Virus record (IMG/VR): IMGVR_UViG_3300012664_000059
Coordinates: 1-37,879 of that record
From: a virus
Length of the DNA: 37,879 nucleotides
Direction: 5' to 3' (one strand)
The position numbers were made by a program, and so were the translations under genes. The notes beneath the pieces were generated by a model. That model searched no databases. It worked only from the letters and a program-made list of their open reading frames with translations, and was not told the origin of the DNA. Numbering within the stretch: position 1 is the first letter of the stretch; every line of letters begins with the position of its first letter. Of this stretch, positions 25,358 through 32,004 are shown piece after piece.

Positions 25358-26904
25358 TTCTTTTTCTCTTTCAATTTACGCATCTGGTTGATGTTGTCTT
25401 GCCTTTCAGCAGCCAACAAATCAGGCGCTGCCAACCCTGCGGCAGCAGCCGTGGCGGCAGTTTTCCGCAAAGGATCAAAGGCCGCAAATCGAGAACGAAT
25501 TTGATCGGGACTAAACACCACACCAACATCAACCAGTTTTGAAGCTGCCCCAGCAGGATCAAATGTGTTTTTCAAAAGCAACGCATCATGACCTCCAGCC
25601 ATTGCCTGATCCATTAAATCAGAATACGTCTGATCTCTGTATGGGCTTCCACCAAAATCATGCACCATCGGGTTCTTGTATCGCAAGGCCACTGGCATCA
25701 CGTTACCACCCTCTTGAGTGTTCTGCATCAACATTCTTTCATGATAATTTTTCATGAAATCATCTATTGCATTCAATGCTGGCTTTGCATTGTCTTTGCC
25801 AACATTCTTAATAAGTTCTGCTCTTATGCTAGGCAAATATTGTTTGGGGTCTTTGGTGTACCAGTAATCTGGCATCAATTTTTTCAACTGCTTATCCAAT
25901 GCAATTGCATCTTCTTGCGGTAACGTTTTATTCAAAAACGCTTTGTTGATTTCATCCAACATAACATCTCTTTTGTCGCCATAACTTGCAACCAAAGACT
26001 GTAAATTTTGACTTCTTTTTATTTCCGCATTTTCTGCAATCTGCATTTGCTTGTCGTACTCATCCCACTTACCACGCTTCTCGGCAGATTGCGCTTTACG
26101 CATAGCATTTTTGTATTCCCTGCCCCCACCAATCTGAGCGTAGCCAGATGCTGTTTCAGCGCCATGACCTTTCATGGATGCTGATTGCGCAATTTCTTGT
26201 GGGCTCAACCCACCTTGTTGAAGAAATTGCAAAATCTCTTTGTCTTGCACATTGTTCAACATTGATGCCGGAGGATTTTGCGGATCACGGGCAAAGAAAA
26301 ATCCTTTCTTGGCACTGGCTGCTCCAGTTGTCTCGCCAAGCAAATCAGATCGGAACTTGGTAATGTCACCAGTTGTGCCGTGATACCAGTCAGGCTCAAA
26401 CCCTTGTTGCAACATCCTTGTCGCTGGATCAGCAGATTGACCCATTTGCAACGCACGCTGTTGCGCCAGACGCAAGGCTTCGTCTTGAGGTCCAGCCACA
26501 CCAGGTCGCAAGAAATCCATGCCGCCCACAGCCTTGGTGGACATACCAACCGGCATACCCTTGGTCATTGCAACAGCTTCTTTCGCAGCCATGCCAGCAG
26601 GACGGTAAAGAGGGGCCAGAGTCATGGCTGCTTCTAATGCCTCTGGACGGACTCTGGTGGTCATTCCAGCACCAGTTGTCAGGGGTTCGCCATACGACAG
26701 CCTGTCCAGCGTCTGACTGACTGCCGGCACACCAAGGAACTGCGCTACACCCTGCATTTGCTGGGTGCGCTGGGGTGCATAACTCTGCGCCAGAAAGTCA
26801 GCCAGTGCGCCAAGGTACTCGTTCCGAGGTGTCGCACCAAGGCGGTCTTGATAAGCCAGCCGGTTGGCCGGCTGCTGGGTGAGGGCGTTCTGGTAGGTAG
26901 GCAT
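25354..26904 (-). CDS. Hypothetical 516-aa protein with a divergent PARP/ADP-ribosyltransferase-like core split by a ~190-aa helical insert
   Basis: DWYHGTTGDITKF (like PARP WHGS), KKGFFFARD (like GKGIYFAD), VALRYKNPMVHDF, and GHDALLLKN...LVDVGVVFSPDQIRSRF (like NEYIVYD..QV). No SD upstream. The coding call is solid; the function is tentative. Confidence 0.5.
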   Translation of the reverse strand: MPTYQNALTQQPANRLAYQDRLGATPRNEYLGALADFLAQSYAPQRTQQMQGVAQFLGVPAVSQTLDRLSYGEPLTTGAGMTTRVRPEALEAAMTLAPLYRPAGMAAKEAVAMTKGMPVGMSTKAVGGMDFLRPGVAGPQDEALRLAQQRALQMGQSADPATRMLQQGFEPDWYHGTTGDITKFRSDLLGETTGAASAKKGFFFARDPQNPPASMLNNVQDKEILQFLQQGGLSPQEIAQSASMKGHGAETASGYAQIGGGREYKNAMRKAQSAEKRGKWDEYDKQMQIAENAEIKRSQNLQSLVASYGDKRDVMLDEINKAFLNKTLPQEDAIALDKQLKKLMPDYWYTKDPKQYLPSIRAELIKNVGKDNAKPALNAIDDFMKNYHERMLMQNTQEGGNVMPVALRYKNPMVHDFGGSPYRDQTYSDLMDQAMAGGHDALLLKNTFDPAGAASKLVDVGVVFSPDQIRSRFAAFDPLRKTAATAAAAGLAAPDLLAAERQDNINQMRKLKEKKK

Positions 26905-26914
26905 AGGGGGGATG

Positions 26915-26950
26915 TTAAATCAAAAAACAAAAAACAAAAAATTAAAAATT
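26915..26950. repeat. AT-rich tract with three tandem CAAAAAA heptamers
   Basis: ttaaatCAAAAAACAAAAAACAAAAAAttaaaaatt is about 89% A+T. It starts 11 nt upstream of the 26904 start codon. Confidence 0.8.
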
Positions 26951-27061
26951 GGGGGAGGGGGTACCGTAACCGCGACCCTTCCCGCTCGGCCCTACCCGCC
27001 CCCTCGGCTGGAAGTGGGGAAATTGCATCGAGTGGCCACATGTCCACAGGGCGTTGCACAT

Positions 27062-27130
27062 AGTTATCCACAGTTGCCTGTGGATAACTTGCCTGTTAGA
27101 ACTCAAGCATTAACAAACCTGTGGATAACT
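27062..27130. promoter_or_regulatory. Cluster of three perfect DnaA boxes (TTATCCACA)
   Basis: TTATCCACA at 27064-27072; its reverse complement TGTGGATAA at 27079-27087 and 27120-27128. The first two form a 12-bp perfect inverted repeat, AGTTATCCACAG-TTGC-CTGTGGATAACT. The 13-mer CCTGTGGATAACT is repeated 41 bp apart. Confidence 0.75.
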
Positions 27131-27283
27131 ATTGATCGACTTAACATAATGAACGTTGTGCGAAGTAGAACGTGTGTTGCGTTAGGGTTAACCCTGATGC
27201 GTAATTGGTTGGGCGCGTACGCGTATTAGTACAATTTTTTGGCGTAATTCGGACCAAACCCCACTCAATTACCCCAATCCAAG

Positions 27284-27802
27284 TCACGAATCAACAGACT
27301 TGCTTTCTACGTCTACGACATTGCTTTCGTCTTTGAGGACGCGCTGCTTGGCTTCTTTGAGTGCATCCATAACGCTGATGCGTGTGTCGGTCACGGCAAC
27401 GTCGATGCGATCGCCGTAGCGTTTGGCGTACAGCTTGGAAGCAACCCATTTGCGTGCGTCCACCTGCATACGCTTTTGCTGAACCCAAGCACTGGCCATT
27501 GGTCCTTCGAGATGCGCAGGCATTTCGGCATCAGACAACTCAATGATTTCTTCAGCCAATCGGTCGGCGCGGCTTTCGGTTGCTCGTTCGTACATGGCGC
27601 GGAACTCTGCATTGTTCCGAATCATGAGCATGGCGCACTGATAGCTGGGCATACCAGGCTGTTTGAGTGTGCTGGTAATGCTTTTACCAGTTGAGATTTG
27701 TTTGCAGATCTCAGCCCAAATGGGGTGTTCAATTGGAAACAACGCTGGTCGACCTGGCCCTGTTCTTTTCACTGTCATTTCTGACGCCAAGTTCTGAGTC
27801 AC
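27284..27802 (-). CDS. terS: Terminase small subunit (172 aa), GTG start
   Basis: The GRPALFP...ICKQISTGKSITSTLKQPGMPSYQCAMLMIRNNAEFRAMYERATESRADRLAEEIIELSD ... VDARKWVASKLYAKRYGD pattern is typical of HTH-type phage TerS. AGGAG SD 7 nt upstream of the GTG. Confidence 0.75.
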   Translation of the reverse strand: MTQNLASEMTVKRTGPGRPALFPIEHPIWAEICKQISTGKSITSTLKQPGMPSYQCAMLMIRNNAEFRAMYERATESRADRLAEEIIELSDAEMPAHLEGPMASAWVQQKRMQVDARKWVASKLYAKRYGDRIDVAVTDTRISVMDALKEAKQRVLKDESNVVDVESKSVDS

Positions 27803-27884
27803 TTGTAAGCTCCTAAAAAATAAGGGTACTCACACCGATCTGGCGCTTTCCCCGAAAATGCGGCAACTGCATGATCCCGCGCCA

Positions 27885-28223
27885 TCATGCTATCACCTCA
27901 ATCTCAACTTTGTAAGTCTTCACGGTGCCAGGTCTTTGTCTGTACTGCCATTCAACCAAATGGCTTCCATCATCAATTCCAAGCCAATCAGCCACCCCAT
28001 CCCTCACCGCCTTGAATCCAGACTGCAAATTATCCCCATCCAACGCCCTAGGAGCCACCCTAGTGAGCACAATCGTGCAAGGTGGGGTAGGGGGTGCTGC
28101 AACACTCGCCAGCGCGTTAAACGCCTTTGTACGCTGACTTTTCACCAATTTCGCTTTAACCGCCCAGTGCATTCTCATGTTGGCCATGCTGACCACCTTC
28201 ATGTCCATTTCAACTTCAATCAT
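27885..28223 (-). CDS. rusA: RusA-like Holliday junction resolvase (112 aa)
   Basis: PRALDGDNLQSGFKAVRDGVADWLGIDDGSHL matches RusA RRDLDNLQKAAFDAL...WLDDAQV. Start moved to 28223 (AAGGAAC SD), because the longer track ORF runs into the iteron array. Confidence 0.7.
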   Translation of the reverse strand: MIEVEMDMKVVSMANMRMHWAVKAKLVKSQRTKAFNALASVAAPPTPPCTIVLTRVAPRALDGDNLQSGFKAVRDGVADWLGIDDGSHLVEWQYRQRPGTVKTYKVEIEVIA

Positions 28224-28255
28224 CTCTTGTTCCTTTCCAAATCCCGTTGCCTTGA

Positions 28256-28505
28256 TGCACCGATGTTTTTTTGCGGGGTCGGTGCACCGAACCGATAGGG
28301 TATGTATACCCCTATCGGTGCTTTCGGTGCATCCAACAGGGCCCAAAACGTCATTTTTCGGTCAATTTATCGGTGCTTTCGGTGCATCGGTGCATACATC
28401 GGTGCAGTTTTTCGGTGCACCGATGCACCGATTTCGGTGCATTTCGGTTCGGTGCGGTGCTTTTTTCATGTAACTCCAGGCTACATTTCGGTTCACTTCG
28501 GTGCA
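28256..28505. repeat. Iteron array: at least 12 perfect copies of TCGGTGCA/TGCACCGA. Candidate phage replication origin.
   Basis: Perfect 8-mers start at 28256, 28279, 28283, 28324, 28379, 28387, 28399, 28412, 28416, 28424, 28434 and 28498. There are two 12-bp palindromes TCGGTGCACCGA (28279-28290, 28412-28423) and a 21-nt direct repeat tatcggtgctttcggtgcatc (28313-28333, 28369-28389). Truncated copies occur at 28315, 28370 and 28449. Confidence 0.8.
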
Positions 28506-28522
28506 AAACCGATGTAACAAAG

Positions 28523-30580
28523 TTACAAGACCTCCTTGTTTTCCGCATTCTCAACTGGTGGGGGCGCTGTCCTGAACACCTCATTTCGCTCAATAACCAT
28601 CTCTTTTTTGACCAATGCGGCAGACGCTTCCTTGAATCTGCGGTAGTCCAGTCCATGGCCTTTAGCCGAATCCCTCCACTCATCGTAAGTGGCCGAGACA
28701 TCCATGCCGTCCAGCCCCTCGGTGCGCTTGTGTTGCTCAATGGCCACAAGGCAGTTGAGGGCGATACGTTGGTTGCCTGGTATGGTTTTCTTCTTCTGGA
28801 TGCTGCTCACCAACCCCGAAATGTCCACGCTGGTCAGGTACGCCCCTTTGACTGCGTTGCCGTGCTTGTCAAGAATGGGCAAATCCACTTGGGTGATCTG
28901 GAAATTCTTGGCCGCTGGCATTTCTGCGTCCTTCATCTTCTTGCTCTCAAACTGGATGGTCTTGGAGCCAGAATCCAACTGGCACTTGTACTCTGCGTCC
29001 AAAGCGCCCTTCAATGCCGTAGATCCCCGTGACCGATCCTTGTCCATGGCTCCGCTGTGGTGTACCACCAGCACGCAGCACTTGTAATCTTGCCGCAAGT
29101 AGGTGTCTAGGTGCTGGATAAACGAATTCATGTCTTGGGTGGAGTTCTCATCCCCGCCCATGTTCCGAGCCAAGGTGTCAATCACAATCATGGATGGCAC
29201 ATGGCCACACTCAGCAGATAAAGTCTTAATGGCATCCGCGACCAGTGCCGCCTCTGTTGCGTCATACAGTTGCGCCGCCCTATGGCTTTTAAACAACGGT
29301 GCACCGTCTAGTGTTGTGCCGTTGCCCAATTCCCAACCCTTAAATCGCCGAGCCAGCCCGTTGTGGCCTTCGCCGGCAATGTAGAACACTGCGCCCTGTG
29401 CAACCTGATGGCCATGCCAGTCTTTGCCGGTTGCCACGCAGCAGGCCAAGTCGATGGAGACAAAGGACTTGCCCCCGCCTGGGTCGCCGAACACCTGCGC
29501 CAGAGAATCTGCCTCTATGTAGTCGTCAACAATCCACCGGATCTCACTCAGGGTCAGGCTGTCAGCCCTTGAGAATTCAAACGCCAGTTTGTCACGCACA
29601 GGACCAGCCACGCGCTCAATTTGTTCTTTCACGGCATCCAGTCCTTGCAGGCAGTGCAGGTCATTCCAGTCTGTTGGCTTGTTGTCCACCATGTCAGCAT
29701 CACCAAATGATGGGTACACAATCTCACCGAACACCAAAGCCGCCGCCGCACGGCCCTTTGTCACGCCAGGGTTTCCCTCGGTGAACTGGTCATTGTCTGC
29801 GCCAATCACAATTTTTGCTGCTGGGAACATTTCTTTGGCTGCTTTGGCCACCTTGGCCAAGTTACCGCAATCAAACGCCACCATGACGGTGTACCCCGTC
29901 GCCTCATGAATGCTGGCGCAAGTGGCAAAGCCCTCACCCACGAACACGATCTTACGATTGCCACGCAGTTCAAAAAACCCGCCCTCAATTTTGCCGCCTT
30001 TCAGGAACCGCTTGTTGCCATCAGCATCAATAGTCTGGTAACTCAAGATCTCACCGGCTTGGTTTGACACTGGCACCACCAAACGACCAGCACGGTCAAT
30101 CTTCACACCATGTGCGCTGATGTGCTTGCGCACAAGGTAGGGATGGTCATCACTGGCATCAGCATAGGTGCCGACCTCATCCTCTGCACGCTCTGCTGCC
30201 ACAGCCTGAGATGCCAGTCTCTCAGCATCTTTTTTGGCTTTGAGTTCAGCCACCCACTTGTCATGCTCAAACCTCTCGGTAAAGCTCATGGTTCTGCCAA
30301 TCTCTGCCACCCATTTGCTCTCAAAGATGGGTTCCTTCCAGCATCCGGCAATCCCCACTGGCACCTTGCCGCTGGTGTGCAAGATGTACCAACCGTCCAA
30401 AGCACCCTTCTTGGATGACACATGTGCCACCCTGTGGATCTCACCATCAGCGATGAGGTCTTTGATCAGCAGCCCATTGGCCTCACAGTGAGCGCGAAAA
30501 GCCCCTTCAGGATTGATCAGGTCTTGGCTCTCAGTAGCTGCCGCAAAGCCGTTGGGGAAGATGGTTGATAGGGATGTCAT
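28523..30580 (-). CDS. Bifunctional primase-helicase (Toprim primase plus RecA/RepA-type AAA_25 ATPase, 685 aa)
   Basis: Toprim motifs VFVGEGFATCASI and IGADNDQ. Walker A GDPGGGKSF and Walker B-like MIVIDTLARN ... VLVVHHSG. Extra C-terminal domain. ATGA overlap with the upstream Cro-like gene. Confidence 0.85.
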   Translation of the reverse strand: MTSLSTIFPNGFAAATESQDLINPEGAFRAHCEANGLLIKDLIADGEIHRVAHVSSKKGALDGWYILHTSGKVPVGIAGCWKEPIFESKWVAEIGRTMSFTERFEHDKWVAELKAKKDAERLASQAVAAERAEDEVGTYADASDDHPYLVRKHISAHGVKIDRAGRLVVPVSNQAGEILSYQTIDADGNKRFLKGGKIEGGFFELRGNRKIVFVGEGFATCASIHEATGYTVMVAFDCGNLAKVAKAAKEMFPAAKIVIGADNDQFTEGNPGVTKGRAAAALVFGEIVYPSFGDADMVDNKPTDWNDLHCLQGLDAVKEQIERVAGPVRDKLAFEFSRADSLTLSEIRWIVDDYIEADSLAQVFGDPGGGKSFVSIDLACCVATGKDWHGHQVAQGAVFYIAGEGHNGLARRFKGWELGNGTTLDGAPLFKSHRAAQLYDATEAALVADAIKTLSAECGHVPSMIVIDTLARNMGGDENSTQDMNSFIQHLDTYLRQDYKCCVLVVHHSGAMDKDRSRGSTALKGALDAEYKCQLDSGSKTIQFESKKMKDAEMPAAKNFQITQVDLPILDKHGNAVKGAYLTSVDISGLVSSIQKKKTIPGNQRIALNCLVAIEQHKRTEGLDGMDVSATYDEWRDSAKGHGLDYRRFKEASAALVKKEMVIERNEVFRTAPPPVENAENKEVL

Positions 30581-30795
30581 GCACGAGCCTCCACCAGCTC
30601 AGGCCAGATGGCTGTCCAACTGTTCTGGCACACCATTTTGCGATGCACGCGCCCACTGGTTTCTTGCTCGACCCTCACAGCCTCACTGGCTGACATTTCC
30701 CGCCTGCCGGTCAAGCATTGGTATAGGTACTGCTCATTGATGCCAACTTTTTCTGCCAGTTGTCGGCGCTCGTCTGGGGTGATTTGTGTGTTCAT
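30577..30795 (-). CDS. Cro/YdaS-like HTH regulator (72 aa)
   Basis: LAEKVGINEQYLYQCLTGRREMSASEAVRVEQETSGRV resembles YdaS/Cro-type HTH proteins. It is the first gene of the minus arm, next to the operator palindromes. No SD. Confidence 0.65.
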   Translation of the reverse strand: MNTQITPDERRQLAEKVGINEQYLYQCLTGRREMSASEAVRVEQETSGRVHRKMVCQNSWTAIWPELVEARA

Positions 30796-30804
30796 AGGAG
30801 CAGA

Positions 30805-30822
30805 ACTCTAGCACAATGATAG
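30805..30822 (-). promoter_or_regulatory. Leftward extended -10 (TGcTAGAGT) overlapping operator CTAGCA-CAA-TGATAG
   Basis: The minus strand reads TGCTAGAGT (30813-30805). The operator at 30808-30822 matches the CTAGCA-N3-TGCTAG consensus with one mismatch. The -10 ends about 9 nt before the ATG at 30795. Confidence 0.5.
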
Positions 30823-30856
30823 ATTGAGGAAAAGTAAATTATTTTGAAAATAGTTG

Positions 30857-30887
30857 TTGACACCCCAATCTAGCACTGTGCTAGAAT
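30857..30887 (+). promoter_or_regulatory. Rightward early promoter TTGACA-N19-TGcTAGAAT with an embedded perfect operator palindrome
   Basis: TTGACA at 30857-30862 and TAGAAT at 30882-30887, preceded by TGc. The palindrome CTAGCA-CTG-TGCTAG at 30870-30884 overlaps the spacer and -10. Confidence 0.6.
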
Positions 30888-30944
30888 TGAGCCATGCCAA
30901 CGAAATTGTTCTTGGCATCACGCCGAAAGGCCAAAGGAAACCAA

Positions 30945-31145
30945 ATGTCACATCAAATGCACCTCAACAAATCTGGATCCGGTTTTACTAGTCGTACAGC
31001 TTGCGGTCGCAACATTTTGCGCACTCCAATGAGCACCGATTGGGAAAACTTCAAGATGGAAGCATCTGCATACCGCTGCATCAAGTGCGTTGCAAGCAAA
31101 CAGTTTGAAGTCAACACCCGCATGGACGCACGTAAATCAATCTAA
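30945..31145 (+). CDS. Hypothetical small protein (66 aa; possible zinc-ribbon). The alternative start at 30894 gives 83 aa.
   Basis: AAGGAA SD before the ATG at 30945. CGRN...CIKC cysteine pairs. The upstream in-frame ATG at 30894 lies where the promoter would start transcription. Confidence 0.5.
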   Translation: MSHQMHLNKSGSGFTSRTACGRNILRTPMSTDWENFKMEASAYRCIKCVASKQFEVNTRMDARKSI

Positions 31146-31184
31146 ACCTACGGGGCCACGGCCCCCTACCACTGAAAGCAAACC

Positions 31185-31280
31185 ATGAAACGAAACACAG
31201 AAACCCTCATTGACTACTTTACCGTTCTGGCCATCGGTGTTGGTTTGGCCGCTTGCCTGTTCTACGGGTGGTCATCATGA
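31185..31280 (+). CDS. Very small single-TM ORF (31 aa)
   Basis: Hand translation gives MKRNTETLIDYFTVLAIGVGLAACLFYGWSS. Its stop overlaps the next ATG (ATGA). Weak SD. Confidence 0.35.
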   Translation: MKRNTETLIDYFTVLAIGVGLAACLFYGWSS

Positions 31281-31645
31281 TGGACGACAGCACCATCATC
31301 CGGCTGGCCCAACTGGCCGCTAAAGACGAACTGGCTGTTGCCGTGTTCACGGTCAACGAACTTGGCCGCTTTGCAGATCTGGCTTTTGAGGAGCAAACCC
31401 AACCCCCTCAAGCTGATCGTGGGGTGTTTGAGATCACATACACCTGCAACGATGTCGATCTGGTTTGTCATCTTGTTTGTGATGACGACGAAATACCTGC
31501 GCCGAACCAGCCGCCAGAGTATATGGAGCTTGAACACGCCTACCACCGAGGCCAAGACATCAGCCACTTGCTTGATCACCTTGTCGTTGAAGAAATCATA
31601 GATTACGCATTGCAACAAATTAAGGAGAACTGGAATGATTGCTGA
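31277..31645 (+). CDS. Acidic hypothetical protein (122 aa)
   Basis: Start set at the ATGA-coupled ATG at 31277. Rich in Asp/Glu. No family recognised. Confidence 0.5.
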   Translation: MMDDSTIIRLAQLAAKDELAVAVFTVNELGRFADLAFEEQTQPPQADRGVFEITYTCNDVDLVCHLVCDDDEIPAPNQPPEYMELEHAYHRGQDISHLLDHLVVEEIIDYALQQIKENWNDC

Positions 31646-32003
31646 ACTGACCGCCGCCCTTCGCAAAGCCAAATTTGCCGAAGCAACTGCCAAAGCCGAA
31701 CGCCTGCGCTTGGAGGAACTGATCGAAAAGCAGTTCACCAAACCTGATGGCGGTGAGGGCACACACACTGACGAAGAAGTCAAGATCACTTGGAAGATCA
31801 ACCGCACGGTTGACACCGCCAAGGTGCAAGCAGCATGGGCCAATATGAACAAGAGCGCCCAAAGTGCTTTCCGTTGGAAGGCCGAGGTCGATCTGGCCCA
31901 CCTGCGTGCCATCAAAGATTTGGACTCTGCCGCTTACGCACAAGCTGCCGAGTTCATCACAAGCAAACCTGCAAAACCCTCCATTGAAATTTTGAAAGAC
32001 TGA
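31635..32003 (+). CDS. Coiled-coil protein (122 aa), Gp157-like by position upstream of the Sak4-type ATPase
   Basis: AAGGAG SD and a helical N-terminus. Synteny (small coiled-coil gene, AAA_24, DUF669) is common in phage recombination modules. Confidence 0.4.
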   Translation: MIAELTAALRKAKFAEATAKAERLRLEELIEKQFTKPDGGEGTHTDEEVKITWKINRTVDTAKVQAAWANMNKSAQSAFRWKAEVDLAHLRAIKDLDSAAYAQAAEFITSKPAKPSIEILKD

Positions 32004-32004
32004 T

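Noticed and set aside
26912-27229. 105-aa plus-strand ORF covering the terS-downstream non-coding region, and the 108-aa minus ORF at 26745-27071
   Set aside because: The N-terminus is a translation of the poly-A/heptamer tract (KTKNKKLKIGGGG). There is no SD. The plus-strand ORF runs opposite to the whole arm, and the rest reads through DnaA boxes and palindromes. The region is better explained as regulatory DNA.
27130-27283. Possible tRNA or small RNA in the non-coding DNA downstream of terS
   Set aside because: No cloverleaf could be built by eye: there is no acceptor or T-arm pairing and no GTTCRANNC box. The two palindromes (AGGGTTAACCCT, CGCGTACGCG) are too short and too perfectly symmetric, and look like protein-binding sites. 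A tRNAscan or Infernal run would be needed to exclude an ncRNA formally.
27803-27884. Terminator between rusA-like and terS
   Set aside because: Only 3-bp potential stems precede the T-run on the minus strand. The segment does contain the AGGAG SD for the GTG start of terS. No convincing hairpin was found.
28256-28505. Could the short-repeat cluster be a CRISPR array?
   Set aside because: The repeat units are only 8-12 bp, occur in both orientations, are often contiguous, and have no spacers of regular 25-40 bp length. No cas genes are present. The pattern fits iterons or protein-binding sites, not CRISPR.
30577-30795. Taking the Cro-like gene as evidence of a temperate lifestyle or lysogeny switch
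   Set aside because: No CI-type repressor, integrase, excisionase or partition gene was recognised. A single Cro/YdaS-like HTH at the head of an operon is also common in virulent phages as an early regulator.
31151-31166. GC hairpin CGGGGCC-AC-GGCCCCC after the first early gene, as a terminator
   Set aside because: The loop is too small unless the stem shortens to 4-5 bp, and no U-run follows. It may be a minor RNA structure. Evidence is insufficient to call a terminator.
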